Shown: positions 18,292 to 28,357, counted from the stretch's first letter. The stretch is 64,000 bases of DNA from Spirochaetia bacterium (GCA_034520965.1 JAXHMY010000009.1:64001-128000), one strand, 5' to 3'. Notes: a model not told the origin generated them from the letters alone. Made by a program: numbers and translations.

Positions 18292-19980
18292 ATGAAAAGG
18301 ATTCTCTTTTTCGGACTGGTTCTCTTGGCAGTTATTTCGGCAACTTCCTTGTTTGGGGTGGATATTGAGCCGAAATACCAGGAGTACGCTCGCTCTGAGA
18401 TCTTGATCAGCCCGGAACGGGCGCAGTACCTGATGCAGAACGAGGATAATATAGTCGTTGTGGATGTGCGTGAAGAGGGAGACTACGAGGCGGGACATCT
18501 TCCCGGTGCAGTCAATACATTTCGTAAAGATTACGGCGCCCGCGGCGGCGAGTACAACTTAATGTGTATGCGAGTGGATTCTGCAAAGATTCACGAGCTT
18601 CTTGGCACCCTCGGAATCGACGGTAACAGTCGCATCATTGTCTATTCGGCTGGTTCCGGCTTCGATTCGTTTCGTTTCGCGTGGCTTGTCACCATGTACG
18701 GACACGACCGGGAGAAGGTGCATATCATCGACGGTTTCTTTCCTGCCTGGAAAGCTGCAGGACTGCCTACTACCACCGATAAACCTTCAGTAAGCCCGGT
18801 ACGCTACCAGCCCCCGGGCACGGTGGACGAGTCACGGCTTGCACTCATTGAGGATGTGGACCGGGCGCTCAAAGACCCGAACGTGATAATTCTCGACACC
18901 CGGACCCCTGCAGAGTGGTGGGGTATTGCGCAGTACGAGGGTGCGTCCCGCAAGGGCCACATTCCCGGAGCAATCCACATCAACTATGCCGAGAACTTTA
19001 CCGATGAAGGCATCAAGTCCGCTGCAGAACTGCGGGCCCTCTATGAGGCGGCCGGCGTCACTCCCGACAAGGAGATTATCGCCTACTGTCAGTCCGGCAT
19101 ACGTTCTTCTCTGACAACCACCATTCTTGCCGATGTACTTGGTTATCCCAACGTCAAAAACTACGACGGCTCGTGGGTAGAGTGGAGCTATGATCGCGAT
19201 CGCCCTGTCACCGCGTATTTTCTTTACATTGTATCAGCAGTATTTATCCTTGGTATAGTTGTTATCGGAGCGGCATACATTGTGAAGAGACGAAAAGGCA
19301 AGAGCAGCAAACTCCTGAAAATCGATCTGCTTGTTCTTATTATCTATGCGATTTTTCTGATGTGGTATTTTAACCTCTTCAGCTTGATCAGTATGGACCG
19401 TATCAATGAACTTCAGATGTGGATTGAGAGTTTCGGTTTGTTAGGCCCGGTCGTTTTTATGCTGCTCTTTATTGCGGCGTGTGTTTTCTTCCTACCCGGA
19501 GGTCCGTTTGGCATCATCGCGGGCATCATTTTCGGTCCCATTTTCGGGACAATCTGGGCTATTTTGGGAGCGACAATCGGTGCATCACTGGCTTTCCTTC
19601 TGGGACGATATGCGTTACGAGGTTTTGCGGAAAACCTGGTTGCCAAGAATCCCAAGCTCAAGAAGATAGACGACGGTGTAGAAAAAAACGGGTGGCGCAT
19701 GCTTATGATTACCCGCTTTATACCGATTTTTCCGTTTAATGTACAGAATTATGTATACGGGCTGACCAAGATCAAGTTTGTAACCTATGCCGGCCTCTCC
19801 TTCCTGTTTATGCTGCCGGGTACAATGGCGTACGTCTTTATAGCCGGCGCAGCCGTTTCCGGAGCGAATATGTCAACAATCCTGATCTACTTCGCTATCG
19901 GTGCCATCATCCTGGTTGGCCTGTCCCTGCTTCCTAAATTACTGAAAAAGAAGAGTAATGTTGAAGACATAATCGAGTAA
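18292..19980 (+). CDS. Rhodanese sulfurtransferase (YnjE-like) fused to a TVP38/DedA membrane domain
   Basis: Signal peptide; GHLPGA, GHIPGA, active-site YCQSGIRS and YDGSWVEW; C-terminal RFIPIFPFNVQNY TVP38 motif. Confidence 0.9.
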   Translation: MKRILFFGLVLLAVISATSLFGVDIEPKYQEYARSEILISPERAQYLMQNEDNIVVVDVREEGDYEAGHLPGAVNTFRKDYGARGGEYNLMCMRVDSAKIHELLGTLGIDGNSRIIVYSAGSGFDSFRFAWLVTMYGHDREKVHIIDGFFPAWKAAGLPTTTDKPSVSPVRYQPPGTVDESRLALIEDVDRALKDPNVIILDTRTPAEWWGIAQYEGASRKGHIPGAIHINYAENFTDEGIKSAAELRALYEAAGVTPDKEIIAYCQSGIRSSLTTTILADVLGYPNVKNYDGSWVEWSYDRDRPVTAYFLYIVSAVFILGIVVIGAAYIVKRRKGKSSKLLKIDLLVLIIYAIFLMWYFNLFSLISMDRINELQMWIESFGLLGPVVFMLLFIAACVFFLPGGPFGIIAGIIFGPIFGTIWAILGATIGASLAFLLGRYALRGFAENLVAKNPKLKKIDDGVEKNGWRMLMITRFIPIFPFNVQNYVYGLTKIKFVTYAGLSFLFMLPGTMAYVFIAGAAVSGANMSTILIYFAIGAIILVGLSLLPKLLKKKSNVEDIIE

Positions 19981-19987
19981 TTAGTTA

Positions 19988-20599
19988 TTAATTCGTTGAA
20001 TTGCCAGGGGCTTCGTTTTCGAAGCCCCTGATATTAAGGATGTAGGCGTACTGCCGGAAAAACAGTAGAAGCTTGCGCCCCCGTGCTTCCTCTAGAGAGA
20101 GCCCTATGTGCTTAAAGGTGCTTCTCCATTGAGCGTCTGTTTTGTTGGAGTGGGGGTGGCCGAAAAACTCCATGTTGAACAAACTGTCTATGAAGAACGT
20201 AAGGTATTTTTGCAAGCAATTACTATACACATCCTCTATGATGATAATTTTCCTGCACACCCGGGAAGTTTCTTTTAAGATGGCCTCAGGATCGGGGGTG
20301 TGGTGCAGGACGGTAAGCAGTAATCCGCAATCAAAATGCTTATCGGGAAAGGGAATCTGGATTCCATCATACAGTGTGGGGGCAAGACTCGGATCAAGAC
20401 TCTTGTCTTTGACATCGAGAGAAGTAACATGATATCTTTTTTCACGAAGAGCGAAGGATACCGCCCCTTTACCGGAGCCAATATCAAGGATAGTGCTTTT
20501 TTCCGGCAGGAAGCCTTCAATGTGATTGAGTTTACCCTGAGCCCATACTCTCGAGAGGTAACGGGAAAATGAGTTTAACGAAATGTTGCTGTGTTTCAT
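19988..20599 (-). CDS. Class I SAM-dependent methyltransferase
   Basis: ILDIGSGKG, IPFPDKHFD and VLHH motifs. Confidence 0.85.
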   Translation of the reverse strand: MKHSNISLNSFSRYLSRVWAQGKLNHIEGFLPEKSTILDIGSGKGAVSFALREKRYHVTSLDVKDKSLDPSLAPTLYDGIQIPFPDKHFDCGLLLTVLHHTPDPEAILKETSRVCRKIIIIEDVYSNCLQKYLTFFIDSLFNMEFFGHPHSNKTDAQWRSTFKHIGLSLEEARGRKLLLFFRQYAYILNIRGFENEAPGNSTN

Positions 20600-20650
20600 T
20601 GCCGGTAGTATATACCAGCAGGCAGTGGATTGCATAGCGGAGGAGAGTAC

Positions 20651-21238
20651 ATGCTGGATACCTATGCCAGAAAACTGGTTCAGCCCTTATTTGAGCGCTT
20701 GGCAACGATTTGTATCCGCCTGCATCTTTCGCCTAATACTATCACCTTGATATCATTGCTGGTTGGAGTGTTTGCAGGTCTTTTTATTTACTTGAACATG
20801 CCCCTTGCAGCACTTGCATGTCTATGGTGTTCCGGGCTCCTGGATGTGCTTGATGGGACTGTTGCGCGTCGGACAGGGAAGGTTTCGGCCTTTGGAACGG
20901 TTATGGATATTACCTTTGACAGAATTGTCGAGTTATCCCTTGTGATAGGAATTGCCTGCAGGAATCCGGATATTACATTCTACCTCCTTATCCTTACTGC
21001 ATCAATCGTTATCTCAATGACCATTTTCCTTACTGTGGCTGCGGCGGCGGATAAAAGCGGAATAAAAAGTTTTTTCTATCAAGCCGGCATTGCGGAACGT
21101 TCAGAAGGGTTCATCATGTTCAGTTTGATGATCATCTTTTCACAATGGGCCGGGTTGATTACCTTAATATTCGCCGGTATGATTTTCTTTACAGCACTGC
21201 AGCGTTTTTTCGAGGCTAAAAGGCTGTTTGAAAAATGA
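20651..21238 (+). CDS. CDP-alcohol phosphatidyltransferase family protein (YnjF-like)
   Basis: LDVLDGTVARRTG...FGTVMDITFDRIVE signature. Confidence 0.92.
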   Translation: MLDTYARKLVQPLFERLATICIRLHLSPNTITLISLLVGVFAGLFIYLNMPLAALACLWCSGLLDVLDGTVARRTGKVSAFGTVMDITFDRIVELSLVIGIACRNPDITFYLLILTASIVISMTIFLTVAAAADKSGIKSFFYQAGIAERSEGFIMFSLMIIFSQWAGLITLIFAGMIFFTALQRFFEAKRLFEK

Positions 21239-22263
21239 ATCCGCAGGCCATTGTCCGGGTGAATCAGGTATACAAACAATACAATACTACTCAGGCTGTA
21301 TGCGGAGTTGATTTTGACCTGCACAGGGGAGAGCTGTTATGCATTGTCGGACCATCGGGAGCGGGAAAAACAACCTTGCTTCGTTTGTTGGCCGATCTTG
21401 AAGATGTGGATGGCGGCTACATTGTTTTTTCACAGCCGCCCTGCCGGGAACACCCTGTTGTCCTTGTGTTTCAGGATTTTTTGCTGTTTCCAAGCATGAC
21501 TGTAGAGGCAAACATTGGATTCGGATTAAAAGCACGTAAGCTTCCAAAGGCAGAAATCAAAGAACGGGTGGAACATCTCCTGGGATCCTTTGGCATTCAG
21601 GATAAAGCCATGCAGTATCCTGGACAGCTTTCCGCGGGTCAACAACAGCGGGTCGCTTTGGCCCGGGCCTTAGCGATCCGGCCGCGGATTCTCCTGTTAG
21701 ATGAGCCCTTTGCCCATCTGGATAAAACATTAAAAATGGAAACAGCACTTTTCCTTCGAAGGATGATCAGAGAGTTTCATATCACCGCCATGGCGGTAAC
21801 TCATGACCTGCAGGAGGCCTTTGCCATGAGTGATCGTATCGGTATTATGATCGATGGAAGAATGGAACAGATTGGTCCGGTAGATGAGGTATATGCGGCA
21901 CCTGCATCTTTGGAAGCAGCGAAGTTCCTTGGGCCTGTCAATCGCTTTCCCGCAGGCCTGCTCCAATCTATGGAGATAAGCAAACAACTGCAGCAAGAAA
22001 TCGATCAGGGTATCTATGGCATACCCTTTGAGCCGGAAACACCACTCTTTTGCCGAGCCGAAAGCATAACTGTATCGCCTCATTCGCAGGGCGGCGGTGT
22101 GGTAGAAGATGTTACCTTTGTCGGAATGATGGTGATGTATCATATTCGCAGCTTTTACTCCAACAAACCATACGTATTAAATGTTTTCAGTCTGGACACT
22201 ACTATCAAACCCGGTACCCGGGTTATGATACATATAACTCATATAACAGTAGAGGAGGGCTAA
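21235..22263 (+). CDS. ABC transporter ATP-binding protein (PotA/YnjD-like)
   Basis: GPSGAGKT, LSAGQQQR and LLLDEP. Confidence 0.93.
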   Translation: MNPQAIVRVNQVYKQYNTTQAVCGVDFDLHRGELLCIVGPSGAGKTTLLRLLADLEDVDGGYIVFSQPPCREHPVVLVFQDFLLFPSMTVEANIGFGLKARKLPKAEIKERVEHLLGSFGIQDKAMQYPGQLSAGQQQRVALARALAIRPRILLLDEPFAHLDKTLKMETALFLRRMIREFHITAMAVTHDLQEAFAMSDRIGIMIDGRMEQIGPVDEVYAAPASLEAAKFLGPVNRFPAGLLQSMEISKQLQQEIDQGIYGIPFEPETPLFCRAESITVSPHSQGGGVVEDVTFVGMMVMYHIRSFYSNKPYVLNVFSLDTTIKPGTRVMIHITHITVEEG

Positions 22264-22265
22264 GG

Positions 22266-23492
22266 ATGATAAAACGATTTCTTACAGTCATCATGATGAT
22301 AATGGCTTCACATCTTTTTGCACTCGGTACAGCCGAGACAGCAGATTTTAACTGGCAGGATGCAAGCTGGGAAGAAATACTCGAAGAGGCAGACGGTACT
22401 GAGGTATCGTTTCACATGTGGGGCGGTGACTCAGCAATCAATGAATGGATTGAAGGCTATGTGGCTGAGGAACTTAAAAAACGTTACAACGTAACCCTCA
22501 ATATGGTGCCCATGAACGCTCTCCTCTTTGTAGACCGCTTGTTGGCCGAGAAAGAGGCTGGACGTACTGGGGGCAGCATCGATCTAATGTGGATAAATGG
22601 AGAGAACTTTAAACGAACAAAAGAAGCTGAGGCACTGCTGGGGCCATTTGCACATAAACTTCCAAATTTTAATAATTATGTCGACCCGGAAACAGCTAAA
22701 TACGACTCCGGATATCCGACCAACGGCTATGAGGTGCCTTATGGGCAGGCTCAGTTTGTGTTTGAATACGACTCTGCGGCCGACCATGGCTGGCTGCCGG
22801 AAAGCTTTGCAAGCTTGCCGCAATGGGTTCGTGAAAATCCGGGTATGTTTACCTATCCGGAGCCGAGCGATTTTACCGGTTCTGCCTTTATTCGGCAGGT
22901 ATTTATTGCAATAACTGGCGGCTCCCAGCAATATCTTGAGGGATGGGATCCTGAACTCTACGAAAAAAATGCACCGCTTCTATGGGAATATTTGAATGAT
23001 ATTGCACCCTATCTCTGGCAACGTGGAAGGAGTTATCCCCGTGAGTTGTCCGTCCTGGATTCGATGTTTGAGCGTGGTGAGGTTGCGATTAATATGAACT
23101 TCACTCAGGCGAATGCACAGTCACGTATTATTGAAGGTCGTTACCCAGAGACGGTCCGCACCTTTGTTATGGAGGAGGGTACAATTTCCAACTCCCATTT
23201 TACTGCAATTGCCTTTAATGCACCTAATCCTGCGGGAGCTCTCGTTTTGTCCAACTTACTGCTGGATCCGGCTGTGCAAGCCTCGAAGAACGATCCTGCA
23301 AACTGGGGCGATTTTACTGTATTAGATATGGAAAAGCTTAGTCCCCAGGACCGGGCCCGTTTTGATGCCATAGATTTAGGGGAAGCGACGTTGAGCCCGG
23401 ATGAATTAAAGGCCGCAGCTGTCCAGGAAATCCCTTCAGAATATCTGGAAGCGCTTCAGAATGATTGGTTCATCCACGTTCTTGAAAAATAG
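22266..23492 (+). CDS. ABC substrate-binding protein, YnjB-like
   Basis: Signal peptide; WGG, IDLMWINGENF and YPEPSDFTGSAF motifs characteristic of YnjB. Confidence 0.85.
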   Translation: MIKRFLTVIMMIMASHLFALGTAETADFNWQDASWEEILEEADGTEVSFHMWGGDSAINEWIEGYVAEELKKRYNVTLNMVPMNALLFVDRLLAEKEAGRTGGSIDLMWINGENFKRTKEAEALLGPFAHKLPNFNNYVDPETAKYDSGYPTNGYEVPYGQAQFVFEYDSAADHGWLPESFASLPQWVRENPGMFTYPEPSDFTGSAFIRQVFIAITGGSQQYLEGWDPELYEKNAPLLWEYLNDIAPYLWQRGRSYPRELSVLDSMFERGEVAINMNFTQANAQSRIIEGRYPETVRTFVMEEGTISNSHFTAIAFNAPNPAGALVLSNLLLDPAVQASKNDPANWGDFTVLDMEKLSPQDRARFDAIDLGEATLSPDELKAAAVQEIPSEYLEALQNDWFIHVLEK

Positions 23493-24357
23493 AAATTCTT
23501 TCTCCGGGAAGCGCAGCTTCTTTAAAGGGGAACTGTATAAGCTCACTCCTCTTCTTATCCCCGGGCTGATGCTTGCTGCTGGAATCCTCTATACACTGCA
23601 GCTGTCACTGCAGCCAGCAGATTTATCAGCCTATCAGGCTGCGCTTGCCCAGCCGGGATTAGTAAGAAACATCTTTTTCTCACTCTATGTCGCAGCGATA
23701 TCGACTGTGGTATCTATCGCTGCCGGGACTGCTTTGGCCTATCTCGTCTGGCGTCTGCCTTCAGCTTATGGGCGTTGGGGACAAGCCTTTCTGGTTCCGC
23801 TGGTTCTCCCGCATATTGCAGTGGGCTTTCTGGTCCTGCTGTGGTTCAGCCAAACGGGGATTCTGGCTTCGATGTTTGAACGCTTATCTGGGGTTTTCCC
23901 TCTTGCGAGTTCTTTCCAGTCTCCTCTTTTTAAAGGCAATGGCGCTGGAATCATCCTTGGGTATGTTTACAAGTCCACCCCCTTTGCCCTTCTGCTCATT
24001 ATGCCTGTACTGCGCCGAATTCCAAAAAACTATCTTCAAACCGGGCTAATGCTTGGTGCCAGTGAATTCCGCTGCTTTTATAAGATAATCCTTCCACGGT
24101 TGGTTCCAGGAATATCTGCTGCTGCCATCATTATATTTGTCTACAGTTTTGGCGCCTACGATCTTCCTTTCATTGTTGGGGAAAGTAGACCCCGTATGAT
24201 TAGCCTCTATCTGTATCGTCTCTATTTTACTCGGCCAATAGCTGAGCGCCCGACTGCTGCGGCGCTGCTGCTGCTTGTATTCTTGTGCGGGATTGCAATG
24301 GTTATGCTTTACGCCCGGGCGGTTCGTCCTGCAGAGGAGAGGGAGCGTAAACTATGA
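23461..24357 (+). CDS. ABC transporter permease (YnjC N-half-like)
   Basis: TM helices; EAA-like LQTGLMLGAS loop. Confidence 0.85.
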   Translation: MIGSSTFLKNRNSFSGKRSFFKGELYKLTPLLIPGLMLAAGILYTLQLSLQPADLSAYQAALAQPGLVRNIFFSLYVAAISTVVSIAAGTALAYLVWRLPSAYGRWGQAFLVPLVLPHIAVGFLVLLWFSQTGILASMFERLSGVFPLASSFQSPLFKGNGAGIILGYVYKSTPFALLLIMPVLRRIPKNYLQTGLMLGASEFRCFYKIILPRLVPGISAAAIIIFVYSFGAYDLPFIVGESRPRMISLYLYRLYFTRPIAERPTAAALLLLVFLCGIAMVMLYARAVRPAEERERKL

Positions 24358-25196
24358 AACTCTCTCCTGCTACACTATTCTCCAGTAAGCAAAGAGGAAA
24401 CATAATCTTGTTTTGGCTTCTATTAATAGTAGTCATACTAGTTCCCCTCATTTTTCTGCTTATTGCATCCTTTGCTGGTACATGGCCCTTTCCCCGAATC
24501 CTGCCGGCAAGCTGGTCGTTGCGCTCATGGAAGTATGTAGCCTCCAATATGCAAGGCATTGCGCATGCCCTTGGCAGCTCTGCACTCTATTCCCTTGGAG
24601 CTGCTCTTATTACCGCACTCTTCTGTTGGCTCCCTGCCCAGTTTTTAGCCAGGCACACATTCCGTGGCCAGACGATTCTGGAGGCACTCTTGCTAACCCC
24701 CGCCTTGGTTCCCGCCATCACTTTCTCTATGGGATTGCAGGTATTATTCATCCGATTGCATCTTGCTGACTCAATAGTCGGGGTGGTTCTGATTCTCACC
24801 CTGGTTTCCTATCCCTATATGTTGCGCTCGATCAAAACCGGATACCTTGCCTATAAGGTATCCTACGATGAATGTGCCCGTAACCTCGGCATCGGTGAAC
24901 TGCAGCGCCTGTGGCATGTGGAATTGCCCCTGGTTCTACCCGCTTTTCTTTCCGGTGGAACCATAGTATTCCTTGTTGCCTTCTCCGAATATTTTCTGGT
25001 CTTTCTCATTGGGGGCGGAACCATTCCCTCCTTCCCGGGCTATCTTGTACCATTCCTGACTGGATCTGATCGTGCTGTTGCTTCTACTTTGACACTGCTT
25101 TTCCTGCTCGTTCCCTTTGCCCTTTTCCTCCTTCAGGAAATATTTTTAGAGCGCTTCTACCGCCGAAAGGGAATAACCATGACCGGAAAAAGCTGA
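24354..25196 (+). CDS. ABC transporter permease (YnjC C-half-like)
   Basis: WPFPRILP, YDECARNLG and FSEY...IGGG. Confidence 0.85.
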   Translation: MKLSPATLFSSKQRGNIILFWLLLIVVILVPLIFLLIASFAGTWPFPRILPASWSLRSWKYVASNMQGIAHALGSSALYSLGAALITALFCWLPAQFLARHTFRGQTILEALLLTPALVPAITFSMGLQVLFIRLHLADSIVGVVLILTLVSYPYMLRSIKTGYLAYKVSYDECARNLGIGELQRLWHVELPLVLPAFLSGGTIVFLVAFSEYFLVFLIGGGTIPSFPGYLVPFLTGSDRAVASTLTLLFLLVPFALFLLQEIFLERFYRRKGITMTGKS

Positions 25197-25203
25197 ACTG
25201 AAA

Positions 25204-25267
25204 CCGGACGGGAGGAAGCAGGTCCGCCACGATAGTAGCGGGCCTGATAGGCCGCCGCACCCCGGAG
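25204..25267. repeat. Diverged partial copy of the GC-rich structured element at 51529-51591
   Basis: Shares CCGGACGG...CACGA-AGTAGCG...GCCGCCG-ACCCCGGAG and has a compensated stem. Confidence 0.6.
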
Positions 25268-25297
25268 CAGCACGTTCCCGGGAGAGATGTGGAGTTA

Positions 25298-26659
25298 TCA
25301 CGATTTTCCTGAGTTCACATTCAACCATGCCGCGGCGGCCATCTGTACAGGGTCCCAGGGACTGCTCAGGGGCGGGGTGTAGCTCAAATCCAGCATAACA
25401 AACTCTGATACGCCAAGTCCCTGCTGCAGCGCTACAGCAATTATATCTATCCGCTTCGATACTTCTGCCTGCAGTGGACCGATTATCTGGCAGCCGAGAA
25501 GTCTTTGTGTATTCTTGTCAGCGGTGAAGCGGATATTCAGCTTGTGCGCCGGCGGGTAGTACTGTTTGTGATCCCAGGTCTCAAAGCTGTGCGTATACGG
25601 CTCGAATCCCGCCTCAGCCGCCTCCCTGTCATTGAGCCCGGTTCTGGCGATGACCATATCAAAAAGTTTCAACGACTGGGTTCCCAGTGTACCGGGATAT
25701 TTACTTTCCAGCCCGCAGATATTCTCCCCAATTATCCGGCCGTGTTTGTGGGCTGTGGTGCCAAGGGCTATGTAGACAGGCTGCTTTGTAATCGCATGGA
25801 GCGATTCGACGCAGTCACCGCCGGCATACACATCCTCGATATTGGTCTCCATCTTGCGGTTTACTTTTAGTGTGCCCTTGACCCCGATCTCAACGCCGAT
25901 GCTTTGACCCAGTGAGGACTCGGGGACAGCCCCGGTGGCGACCAGTATCATCTCCGCCGCAAAAGCCTTTCCGTTTCCCGTCAAGACCTCCAGACCATCG
26001 GCCTTTTCCGAAATCCTTTCTACTTTGTTTCTGGTAAAGATCTCCGCTCCGCGGTTTTCAAGGCCTGTTCGCACAATTTCAGCAAACTCTTTATCTACCG
26101 TCGGGAGTATCTGATCCAGAAACTCCAAAAGTTTCACCTTTATTCCCCGCCGTATGAGCGCTTCGGTCATCTCAAGCCCGATATACCCGCCACCGACTAT
26201 TACCGCCTCCCGGGGCGCCGTTTCTTTGATAAAACGGTCAATCCGGCGGGCCTCGTTGATCCAGCGAAGGGTAAAAACCCCCGGCAGATCCAGCCCAGGA
26301 ATGTTCGGCAGGGCTGACTTTCCTCCTGTTCCGATAACGAGTTTATCGTATCCAAGCGAGGTTTTTTCTCCTTCGGAATCGATAAAAACAACCTTTCTGG
26401 CTTTCGGGTCGATGGTTCGGACTTCAGCGCCAAGGTAGAGCTTCAATCCGGAAGCCCTGATTTCATCGGCCGTTCGGTGAGCCAGATCCTGGTAATCTGC
26501 TATCTCTCCTCCAAGAAAGAAGGGAATGCCGCAGATACTGAAATTCGGGTAGGTATTACCCGAGAGTACCGAAACATCGGCTTCGGAATCGAGTTCACAG
26601 ATCCTCAATCCTGCGGTAATACCAACATCGCTGCCGCCTATAATAAGCACTCTTTTCAT
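25298..26659 (-). CDS. CoA-disulfide reductase / NADH oxidase family flavoprotein
   Basis: NFSICGIPF, GGGYIGLE, YAGGDC and DLSYTPPLSSPWDP. Confidence 0.9.
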   Translation of the reverse strand: MKRVLIIGGSDVGITAGLRICELDSEADVSVLSGNTYPNFSICGIPFFLGGEIADYQDLAHRTADEIRASGLKLYLGAEVRTIDPKARKVVFIDSEGEKTSLGYDKLVIGTGGKSALPNIPGLDLPGVFTLRWINEARRIDRFIKETAPREAVIVGGGYIGLEMTEALIRRGIKVKLLEFLDQILPTVDKEFAEIVRTGLENRGAEIFTRNKVERISEKADGLEVLTGNGKAFAAEMILVATGAVPESSLGQSIGVEIGVKGTLKVNRKMETNIEDVYAGGDCVESLHAITKQPVYIALGTTAHKHGRIIGENICGLESKYPGTLGTQSLKLFDMVIARTGLNDREAAEAGFEPYTHSFETWDHKQYYPPAHKLNIRFTADKNTQRLLGCQIIGPLQAEVSKRIDIIAVALQQGLGVSEFVMLDLSYTPPLSSPWDPVQMAAAAWLNVNSGKS

Positions 26660-26802
26660 TTACCTATGCTCCATAATTGTAGTATATGACCCTTTGTAAA
26701 AGAAAACCTAGATAAGCGATCGAAAACCATTGAAGCAGCTACTTCCCGAGGGTTACTTCCATCTCCGCACTGGTATTCATACACCACAGCTATCTCCTCC
26801 GG

Positions 26803-27201
26803 TTATTCAAATTGGTTAAAAAAACTCTTACCTACATAATATGCTAAATTATGCATATCTTCAAATTCAATAAGACCTGCAGGTGCCTGTGAGTGTACCA
26901 AGCCAGGCTTCAGCCTGTTTTTTCTGATTATGGCGATAACAGCACGCAAAACGCTGTGACCTTTTGCAAGTTTATAGTAAACCCATAAACCTTTCTTCTC
27001 AGATTCTACAAATCCGGCATTTCTTAAAACGGCGAGCTGTCTGGATACCTTGTATTGAGGCAATAGAAGAGCGTCAGTGAGTTCACAAACACATAGACCG
27101 CTCTCATGAATAAAAATCAGCATTAAAACTCGAATCCGCTGCTCATCCGAAAGCGCTTTGAAAAACTCACCCCAATTTTGTTCGCTTTCGTTCATAGTCA
27201 T
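26803..27201 (-). CDS. ArsR/SmtB family regulator (C-terminus possibly chimeric)
   Basis: FKALSDEQRIR, LCVCELTDAL and KVSRQLAVLR. Confidence 0.85.
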   Translation of the reverse strand: MTMNESEQNWGEFFKALSDEQRIRVLMLIFIHESGLCVCELTDALLLPQYKVSRQLAVLRNAGFVESEKKGLWVYYKLAKGHSVLRAVIAIIRKNRLKPGLVHSQAPAGLIEFEDMHNLAYYVGKSFFNQFE

Positions 27202-27348
27202 AGTACATAACATAATACATGCCATTAATGTTATGCAAGATAGATAAAATGTGAGGCATTGTTAAACCCGCTTTTATCTATCAGTTTTTTGTATATTTAT
27301 CCCCCAGGGTCTTCAAGTTCTGAAGGCGCGGTTGCTCCAATGCATTCA

Positions 27349-27828
27349 TCATAGAAGCAGCAGAAATACTATCCCGACGAGACTGACAAGGACGAAGGTC
27401 AATACATTTCTCACGATGGTAAACTTCTTGCCGAAAGACAGAAGCTCGAGAGGGAGGGTCGATATTCCCATAAGAATCGCGATCATAACAAAACCGAAAA
27501 TGGCACCATAATTGGCTCCGTAGTCGCGCAAAAAACCAGCAAAGGGAAATACCGCTGCCGGTTGAATCAGTGCAAAGGACCCTATAAGCCCGCCAAGCAG
27601 AATAGAAAAAAATCCGTTCCCCGAACCAAGTAAATTCGCTATTAATTTCTGCGGGATAAATACCTGCATAAAGGACATCAATATAAAAATAAAAAAAAGC
27701 ACCGGAAGTATTGAGAGCGCAATGTGTCCGGTCGCGAGCAGTGCATTTTTAGTTTTAGTCCTATCTTTTACCAGAGATACAAGCAGAAGAATAGCTGCAA
27801 TTACCAGATAAATTGTTCCTGTATCCAT
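27349..27828 (-). CDS. Small permease subunit (split DUF318-like pair)
   Basis: TM helices; homologous to 30683-31162 and 59184-59666 (FP.A..L...GA; P.E...G.K....RN). Confidence 0.75.
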   Translation of the reverse strand: MDTGTIYLVIAAILLLVSLVKDRTKTKNALLATGHIALSILPVLFFIFILMSFMQVFIPQKLIANLLGSGNGFFSILLGGLIGSFALIQPAAVFPFAGFLRDYGANYGAIFGFVMIAILMGISTLPLELLSFGKKFTIVRNVLTFVLVSLVGIVFLLLL

Positions 27829-27829
27829 T

Positions 27830-28357
27830 TTAATTCTCCCTTGCAGGGCTGAATGAGTTTCTTTCCCATTTTTCTATGAGAAATTCACCGAAGATCCCTA
27901 TCAGTAAGGCGGATGGAATGATTACTGCAATTCTCAAAACTGCAAATTGAACTCCGAGAAAACTGATCTCAAGGGGCAATAAAGGCGCTTTGCCTCCCCA
28001 CGCGGTGATAAAGGAGAGAATAGCTGCAATAGATGCGCCTTTTTCTCTCAGTATTCTTAAAAGAGGAAACATGGTAAAAAGAGAACCGCCAAGGATGATT
28101 GGAAATGTGGATGCAAAGAGCAATCCTTTAAAACCGGCCTCTTTTCCTAAAAACCTGGAGAGATGCTTGGGATGCACCCATACTTTTATCAGGCCAATAA
28201 TGATAAACACCGCTATCATTATTTTAATTACTCTCAAAAAAGTATCGTAGGTTATGGATCCCATCAGGAGTGCCTTGGGAACGGAAAAAACGGCCACTCC
28301 CCCCCAGAGCAAAAGTGCAATACCAATATAGATGAGGGAATTTTTATATCTGTTCAT
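27830..28357 (-). CDS. Small permease subunit (split DUF318-like pair)
   Basis: TM helices; homologous to 30147-30686 (FP....L.KGA, AW...K.P...E...LG..F). Confidence 0.75.
   Translation of the reverse strand: MNRYKNSLIYIGIALLLWGGVAVFSVPKALLMGSITYDTFLRVIKIMIAVFIIIGLIKVWVHPKHLSRFLGKEAGFKGLLFASTFPIILGGSLFTMFPLLRILREKGASIAAILSFITAWGGKAPLLPLEISFLGVQFAVLRIAVIIPSALLIGIFGEFLIEKWERNSFSPAREN

Larger units (their letters stand above)
16525..19391. repeat. Tandem duplication, 1432-bp unit (16525-17956 / 17957-19388), with scattered substitutions
   Basis: The CCG-gene 3' end, the spacer and the rhodanese 5' part are repeated at offset 1432; junction at CAG 17957-17959. Confidence 0.95.

Noticed and set aside
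19988..21238. Arsenolipid/arsenosugar pathway from methyltransferase plus CDP-transferase near ars genes
   Set aside because: The methyltransferase lacks an ArsM-like Cys pattern, there is no radical-SAM ArsS, and the genes fit the ynj-type cluster
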